The notes under the pieces are model-generated. The model had not been told where the DNA came from. It saw only the letters and a list, made by a program, of their open reading frames with translations, and did not search any database. 64,000 nt of DNA from Candidatus Latescibacterota bacterium (GTDB lineage Bacteria > Latescibacterota > UBA2968 > UBA8231), in NCBI GenBank assembly GCA_965223905.1, contig CBDCXV010000011.1, forward strand, positions 1 through 64,000, read 5' to 3'. Positions 59,701 through 64,000 of the stretch are shown piece after piece. A program made the position numbers and the translations under genes. How positions within the stretch are numbered: position 1 is the stretch's first letter; each line of letters starts with the position of its first letter.

Positions 59701-62700
59701 ACGCCTCCAGTTCCTTCGGGTCGCGGGCGGTCACTGAGATCCCGGTCTGCCCGATGCTCTTGGGGGTGATGCGCAGGCCGGTTCCTTCGACCGCTGCGGT
59801 GGCCACCGCCTCGTTGCTCGACGCGGCCGTGTAGGTCAGCACGTCTGTTTCGTCCGGGTCGGTGAAGGCGTCCGACAGCTCGACCCGGTCCGGGCTGCCG
59901 ATGCGGATCTTGCGGTCGGCCAGGGTCCCCGCCACCGGCGGGCGGTTGGCTGGGTACACGGTCACCGGGACCGGCAGAGTGGCAGCCCGGCCCCCCTCGT
60001 CGCGGGCGGTCACCGCGACCGTCACCCGGCCGGGGGTCACCGGGGATATGGTCAGCACCGAGTCGGCCAGAGTCGCGGCGGCGACCGCTTCGTCGCTGGA
60101 GGCGGCGGTGAGGGTCAGGGCGCCCCCCTCCGGGTCGCGGAAGCGGCCGGCCAGGTTCAGGGTGGCCGAGGCCCCCTCTACTTTGAGGATCTGCGCCGGC
60201 AGGCCGGCGCCCAGGGTCAGGCCGTACGGCTCCTTCAGGCCGGAAGTGACCAGATCCTCGACCTGGCTGCCGTCGAGGTTGGCGCGCTGGATCTTGTCGG
60301 TGCCGTAGTCGGTCCAGTACATCCTGCCCTCGTCCAGATCGAGGGCGATCGCCTGGGAGGTCCGCAGGCCCTCGGTAACCAGGTCTTCCACCTCGGAGCC
60401 GTCGAGATTCGCGCGCTGGATCTTGTCCGTGCCCCAGTCGGGCCAGTACATGCGGCCGTCTTCCAGGTCGAGGGCGAGGCCCCGGGGCTGGTTGAGGCCG
60501 GTGACCAGGTCCTCGACTTCGGAGCCGTCGAGATTGGCCCGCTGAATCCGGTCGCTGCCCCAGTCGGTCCAGTAGATCTTGCCCTCCCCCAGGTCGAGGG
60601 CGAGGCCGTAGGGCTCGTTCAGACCGGTGGCGACGAGGTCTTCGATTTCGGAGCCGTCGAGATTGGATCGCTGGATACGGTCGGTCCCCCAGTCGCTCCA
60701 GTAGATCTTGCCGCCTCCCAGATCGAGGGCGAGACCGAACGGCTCCTTCAACCCTTCGGTCACCAGGTCTTCGACCTTTGAGCCGTCGAGGTGGGCGCGC
60801 TGGATCTTGTCGGCGCCGCTGTCGGTCCAGTACATGCGGCCGCCGTCCCGGTCGAGGGCGATGTCCCGGGGCTGCATGAGTCCGCCGACCAGGGTGCGAA
60901 TGTCGCTGCCGTCGAGCTCGGCCCGCTGGATGCGGTCGGTGCGCGCGTCGGTCCAGTAGAGCCAGGGCACGGCGAGCGGGGGCTCGTTGGAGGCCTGCAC
61001 GGTGACCGAAAACCTCTGGGTTGCCTGCAGGCCGCCCGGGTCGCGGGCGGTCACGGTGACGGCGGTCTCGCCGACGGCCAGCAGACGCAGGGTCACCAGG
61101 GAATCGGCTGTCTCCACCGTCGCCACCGTTTCGTCGCCGGACGAGGCCGTGTAGGTCAGGGCGTCTCCGTCCGGGTCGCTGCCGGCCAGCTCGAGAATCA
61201 CCGAGTCGCCGGTGGCCGCGGTGCGGTCCGCCAGCGGCTCCAGGGCAGGGGCCTGGTTGTCCGTGGACAAAGTCCGGGCAAGGGCCAGGCCCCGGGGACT
61301 CCGCAAGCCCTCGGTCACCAGGTCTTCCACCTCGGAGCCGTCGAGGTTGGACCGCTGGATGCGGTCGGTGCTGCTGTCGGCCCAGTAGAGCTTGCCCGCA
61401 GAAACGTCGAGGGCCAAGCCCCGGGGGGTGCCCAAACCGGTGGTCACGAGATCCTCGATTTCCGTGCCGTCGAGGTTGGCCCGTTGAATGCGGTCGGTTC
61501 CGTTGTCGCTCCAGTAGAGCTTGCCGCCGGCCGCGTCCAGGGTGAGTCCCCGGGGGATCTGCAGGCCGGTGGTGACGAGGTCTTCGAGTTCAGTGCCATC
61601 AAGGTTTGCGCGCTGGATTCGGTCGGCGCCGCTGTCGGTCCAGTAAAGCTTGCCCGCGGCCGCGTCGAGGGCCAGGCCCAACGGCGTCTGCAGGCCGGTC
61701 ACCAGGTCTTCCACTTGAGAGCCGTCGAGGTTGGACCGCTGAATCTTGTCGGTGCCGTTGTCCGTCCAGTAGAGCTTGCCGCCGGCCGCGTCGAGGGCCA
61801 GGGCCAGGGGGATCCGCAGGCCTTCGGTGACGAGGTCCTCGATTTCGGAGCCGTCGAGGTTGGACCGCTGGATGCGGTCGGTTCCGTAGTCGGTCCAGTA
61901 GAGCTTGCCGGCCGCCTGATCCACCGCCAGGCCGCGCGGGTTGACCAGGCCGCTGTCGACGACGTCCTCGACCCCGGAGCCGTCCAAGTGGGCGCGCCGG
62001 ATCCGGTCCGCCTCCGCGTCGGTCCAGTAGAGCCGGTTGACCGCCCCGAGGCTCCCGGCCCCGACGACGAGCACGGCGAAGCGCTGCACCGCCTCCAGGC
62101 CGTCCGGGTCGCGGACGGTCACCGCAATCGTCGCCCGGCCCATCGCCAGCGCGTAGACCGTCAGCAGGGAATCGGTCACCTCGACCCTGGCTACCGCCTC
62201 GTCGCTCGATGAAGCCGCGTAGGTCAGGGCGTCTCCGTCCGAGTCGCGGCCCGTCGCCACGACAGTCAGGGTGTCGCCGGCGGCCGCGGTCCGGTCCGCT
62301 ATAGGCGCCAGGACCGGGGCCCGGTTGCCGCCGGCAACGGTCCGCACCAGGACCAGGCCCCGGGGACTTTCCAGCCCCTCGGTCACCAGGTCTTCGATTT
62401 CAGAGCCGTCGAGGTTGGACCGCTGGATCTTGTCGGCGCCGCTGTCGGTCCAGTAGAGCTTGCCTGCGGCCGTATCCAGGGCCAGGCCCCGGGGACTTTC
62501 CAGCCCCTCGGTCACCAGGTCTTCGATTTCAGAGCCGTCGAGGTTGGCCCGCTGGATCTTGTCGCTGCCGTTGTCGCTCCAGTAGAGCTTGCCCCCGGCC
62601 GCGTCCAGGGCCAGCCCCCGGGGAAGCTCCAGGCCGGCGGTGATGAGGTCCTCGACTTCCGTGCCGTCCAGATTGGCCCGCTGGATCTTGTCCGCGCCGC

Positions 62701-64000
62701 TGTCGCTCCAGTAGAGCTTGCCGCCGGCTGCGTCCACGGCCAGGCTCAACGGCGTCTGCAGGCCGGTCACCAGGTCCTCGACTTGAGAGCCGTCGAGGTT
62801 GGACCGCTGGATGCGGTCGGTGCCGTTGTCCGTCCAGTAGAGCTTGCCGCCGGCCACGTCCACGGCCAGACCCAGCGGAATGCGCAGGCCGGTGGTCACC
62901 AGGTCTTCCACCTGCGAGCCGTCGAGGTTGGACCGCTGGATCTTGTCGCTGCCGTAGTCGGTCCAGTAGAGCTTGCCGGCCGCCTGATCCACGGCCAGGC
63001 CGCGCGGGTTGACCAGACCGCTGTCGATCACGTCCTCGACCCCGGAGCCGTCCAGGTTTGCGCGCTGAATGCGGTCGCCGTCCGCGTCCGTCCAGTAGAG
63101 CATCGGCGCATCCGCCGCCGCCACCGGGGCGCCGATCCCTTCCGGCAGCGACGGGTCGGACGGGTCGGCGTGGTAGGCCTCGATCAGCCGGGCGTCGGTC
63201 AGATCGACCAGCCCGTCCCCGTTGACGTCCCCCAGGGTGAGGTCGCCGTTGCCAAGGGACAGGGCCGGGTCCTCGCTGTACGAGGCGATCAGCAGGGCGT
63301 CGGACAGATCGACCCGGCCGTTGCCGTCGACGTCCCCCAGCAGGCCGCCTGCAACGGCCACCTTGCCCCGAGGCAGGGAGGACAGCGGCTGAACCTGGAT
63401 CTCGACAGGCCCGCCTCCCATTCGGAAGGCCGGGTCGACGTAAGGGACCAGCCCCGGACCCGAGACTGTCAGCCCGTAGACCGGTCCCTTACCGCGAGGC
63501 GGGGCTGCCGCCCTGGCGGAACCCCCTCCACCCCCCAAGCCCACCGCCCCGTCCAGCAGCACCATCGACCGCGTCAGCCGCTCCCCGCCTCCCAGCAGCC
63601 GATACAGGTACACCCCCGAGCCCACCCCCCGGCCCGAGGCGTCCGTCGCGTTCCAGGTCGCCGTGTGGAAGCCGGCCGGACGCTCTCCGTCCACCAGGGT
63701 CGCCACCCGCTGGCCCAGAATGTTGAACACCTCCAGCCGCACACGAGCCGGGACCGGAAGCTGATACGGGATGATCGTCGACGGATTGAACGGGTTGGGG
63801 TAGTTCTGACCCAGGTGCAGGCGCGCCGGCAGCGGCGCGGCACGGCGTAGCGCCTTCAGGGGAAAGGCGAAATAGCCGCTCTCATCGGTGGTGACCCGCA
63901 ACGAGCGCCCCAGGTCGCCCGGGGCGAACAGCCGCACCCGGGCCCCGGCCGCCGGAGCCCCCGAAGACAGAAGCACACGCCCCTCCAGCAGCGGCTCGGC
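56774..64000 (-). CDS. Giant modular surface protein with C-terminal dikinase module (5' end outside window)
   Basis: FlgD/T9SS-like Ig, dockerin-like pair, three YWTD propellers, Ig/cadherin repeats, Pro-rich linker, FN3, then LSHVNLRA phospho-His motif, FGVKAANV, RSSTNNEDLPGFNGAGLYDS, EIEFK..IKQARP. Confidence 0.88.
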   Translation of the reverse strand, partial: AEPLLEGRVLLSSGAPAAGARVRLFAPGDLGRSLRVTTDESGYFAFPLKALRRAAPLPARLHLGQNYPNPFNPSTIIPYQLPVPARVRLEVFNILGQRVATLVDGERPAGFHTATWNATDASGRGVGSGVYLYRLLGGGERLTRSMVLLDGAVGLGGGGGSARAAAPPRGKGPVYGLTVSGPGLVPYVDPAFRMGGGPVEIQVQPLSSLPRGKVAVAGGLLGDVDGNGRVDLSDALLIASYSEDPALSLGNGDLTLGDVNGDGLVDLTDARLIEAYHADPSDPSLPEGIGAPVAAADAPMLYWTDADGDRIQRANLDGSGVEDVIDSGLVNPRGLAVDQAAGKLYWTDYGSDKIQRSNLDGSQVEDLVTTGLRIPLGLAVDVAGGKLYWTDNGTDRIQRSNLDGSQVEDLVTGLQTPLSLAVDAAGGKLYWSDSGADKIQRANLDGTEVEDLITAGLELPRGLALDAAGGKLYWSDNGSDKIQRANLDGSEIEDLVTEGLESPRGLALDTAAGKLYWTDSGADKIQRSNLDGSEIEDLVTEGLESPRGLVLVRTVAGGNRAPVLAPIADRTAAAGDTLTVVATGRDSDGDALTYAASSSDEAVARVEVTDSLLTVYALAMGRATIAVTVRDPDGLEAVQRFAVLVVGAGSLGAVNRLYWTDAEADRIRRAHLDGSGVEDVVDSGLVNPRGLAVDQAAGKLYWTDYGTDRIQRSNLDGSEIEDLVTEGLRIPLALALDAAGGKLYWTDNGTDKIQRSNLDGSQVEDLVTGLQTPLGLALDAAAGKLYWTDSGADRIQRANLDGTELEDLVTTGLQIPRGLTLDAAGGKLYWSDNGTDRIQRANLDGTEIEDLVTTGLGTPRGLALDVSAGKLYWADSSTDRIQRSNLDGSEVEDLVTEGLRSPRGLALARTLSTDNQAPALEPLADRTAATGDSVILELAGSDPDGDALTYTASSGDETVATVETADSLVTLRLLAVGETAVTVTARDPGGLQATQRFSVTVQASNEPPLAVPWLYWTDARTDRIQRAELDGSDIRTLVGGLMQPRDIALDRDGGRMYWTDSGADKIQRAHLDGSKVEDLVTEGLKEPFGLALDLGGGKIYWSDWGTDRIQRSNLDGSEIEDLVATGLNEPYGLALDLGEGKIYWTDWGSDRIQRANLDGSEVEDLVTGLNQPRGLALDLEDGRMYWPDWGTDKIQRANLDGSEVEDLVTEGLRTSQAIALDLDEGRMYWTDYGTDKIQRANLDGSQVEDLVTSGLKEPYGLTLGAGLPAQILKVEGASATLNLAGRFRDPEGGALTLTAASSDEAVAAATLADSVLTISPVTPGRVTVAVTARDEGGRAATLPVPVTVYPANRPPVAGTLADRKIRIGSPDRVELSDAFTDPDETDVLTYTAASSNEAVATAAVEGTGLRITPKSIGQTGISVTARDPKELEASLSFRVTVEPKPPPRPPRTPPGSGSDDGDGNGNDGGGPVTPPPPTPPPPPPPPTPPTPPPPDPPPPPPPGQNNAPTFDEAPAATRTVAENTGAREDIGNPVTATDSDDDRLTYNLEGTDAGSFTLASTSGQLRTRSGATYDYETKPRYSVSVKAEDGHGGIAAIDVTIHVADVDEPPGRPSAPWVEPASSTSLTVTWTEPANTGPDVHDYDVQYRKSGSFLPWPHDGPGTTTTIPDLEVNTRYEVQVRAHNDEGESEWSVSGFGGSCSEGGDAPTPVAVQVTAVPIVVESTTDDYFVLYVRHDVDGATVEVPVLVKRGEAGTTTLAENVAALPRERYRVEKYLVADPADVDGDCIDDLTELDTVGMNPLNPAAAIALTDGAVTVPDRETFETLSFSGLFLKFVLLGMDTARPRVYFMNTETYQQHQYFLDAVGLDPGQDRMITGEITYYTDLVAPDGSPGVYRLSLTVRSVFPFSFSLVARSYTMLAASMRLLEDNLAFHIRNNQLLSFQSDLPLYRDSRINLLFDEDISPESGFLALNPGEGYGLLRVMDPDERPHPRDVVLYEALPNELSRVAGIVSTVPQTPLSHVNLRAVQDGIPNAFIADALDNSSINTLIGGYVRYEVTDSGWELGAATPAEVEAHYESSRPAHEQIPQRDLEITQITPLSEIGFDDWDAFGVKAANVAVLGTLGFPEGTVPDGFAIPFYFYDEFMKHNDFYTRVETMLADEAFQTDFEARADSLKKLRKAIEDAETPDWIISAIETMNESFSEGINRRYRSSTNNEDLPGFNGAGLYDSKSQKPSEDEKDLAKSLKEVYAGLWNFRAFVERDFHRIDHLAAAMGVLVHPSYRDELANGVAVSFDPIYGRDGRYYVNTQVGEDLVTNPEAHSVPEELLLSRNSAYTVLATSNQVPPGQLLMSDDQLRQLREHLEVIHEEFAELYDPAAGEPFAMEIEFKITSADILAIKQARPWVFSAP
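60200..63100 (-). repeat. Coding tandem YWTD (LDL-receptor class B) repeats in three blocks
   Basis: ~43-aa units KLYWTD.G.DKIQRANLDGS.VEDLVT.GL..P.GLALD; near-identical DNA units such as CCGTCGAGGTTGGACCGCTGGAT. Confidence 0.92.

Noticed and set aside
60200-63100. Regular DNA repeats resembling a CRISPR array
   Set aside because: The period is ~129 bp and in frame with YWTD protein repeats; there are no unique spacers or cas genes.

Overview
High-GC bacterial chromosomal window. Its gene content (PhyH dioxygenase expansion, C-terminal SWGxIK proteins, FlgD/T9SS-like and dockerin modules, ASPIC/TPR proteins, WD40/YWTD repeat proteins) suggests a Latescibacterota/Poribacteria-like, possibly sponge-associated organism; this is inference only. 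It holds many small-molecule catabolic genes (GH32, PhyH x3, ferritin-like diiron protein, ribokinase, Fhs, Gfo/Idh/MocA, Zn-ADH, M20, class III aminotransferase, SDR, Ldh_2 x2, ALS-like TPP enzyme, MOSC, PfkB, GGT), thrS and proS, and two IS elements (IS1380-type, partial; ISKra4-type, complete with TIRs and 8-bp TSD), each of which breaks a secreted-protein gene. Several toxin/defence loci are present: an intact AT-rich CapRel-like fused toxSAS directly upstream of thrS, an orphan AbiEi with an internally deleted AbiEii, a mazEF-like remnant, and an SNF2 helicase followed by an AAA-ATPase remnant. The two most novel signals are (i) a >2400-aa modular surface protein (FlgD-Ig, dockerin-like, three YWTD propellers, Ig/cadherin, FN3) ending in a phospho-His plus ATP-grasp module ordered like plant glucan,water dikinases, and (ii) two unannotated hydrophobic micro-ORFs (36 and 25 aa) with structured flanks and a candidate antisense promoter at 40.57-40.88 kb, resembling a type I toxin-antitoxin locus. 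Several frameshifts fall in homopolymer runs and may be sequencing errors. No rRNA, tRNA or CRISPR array was seen.
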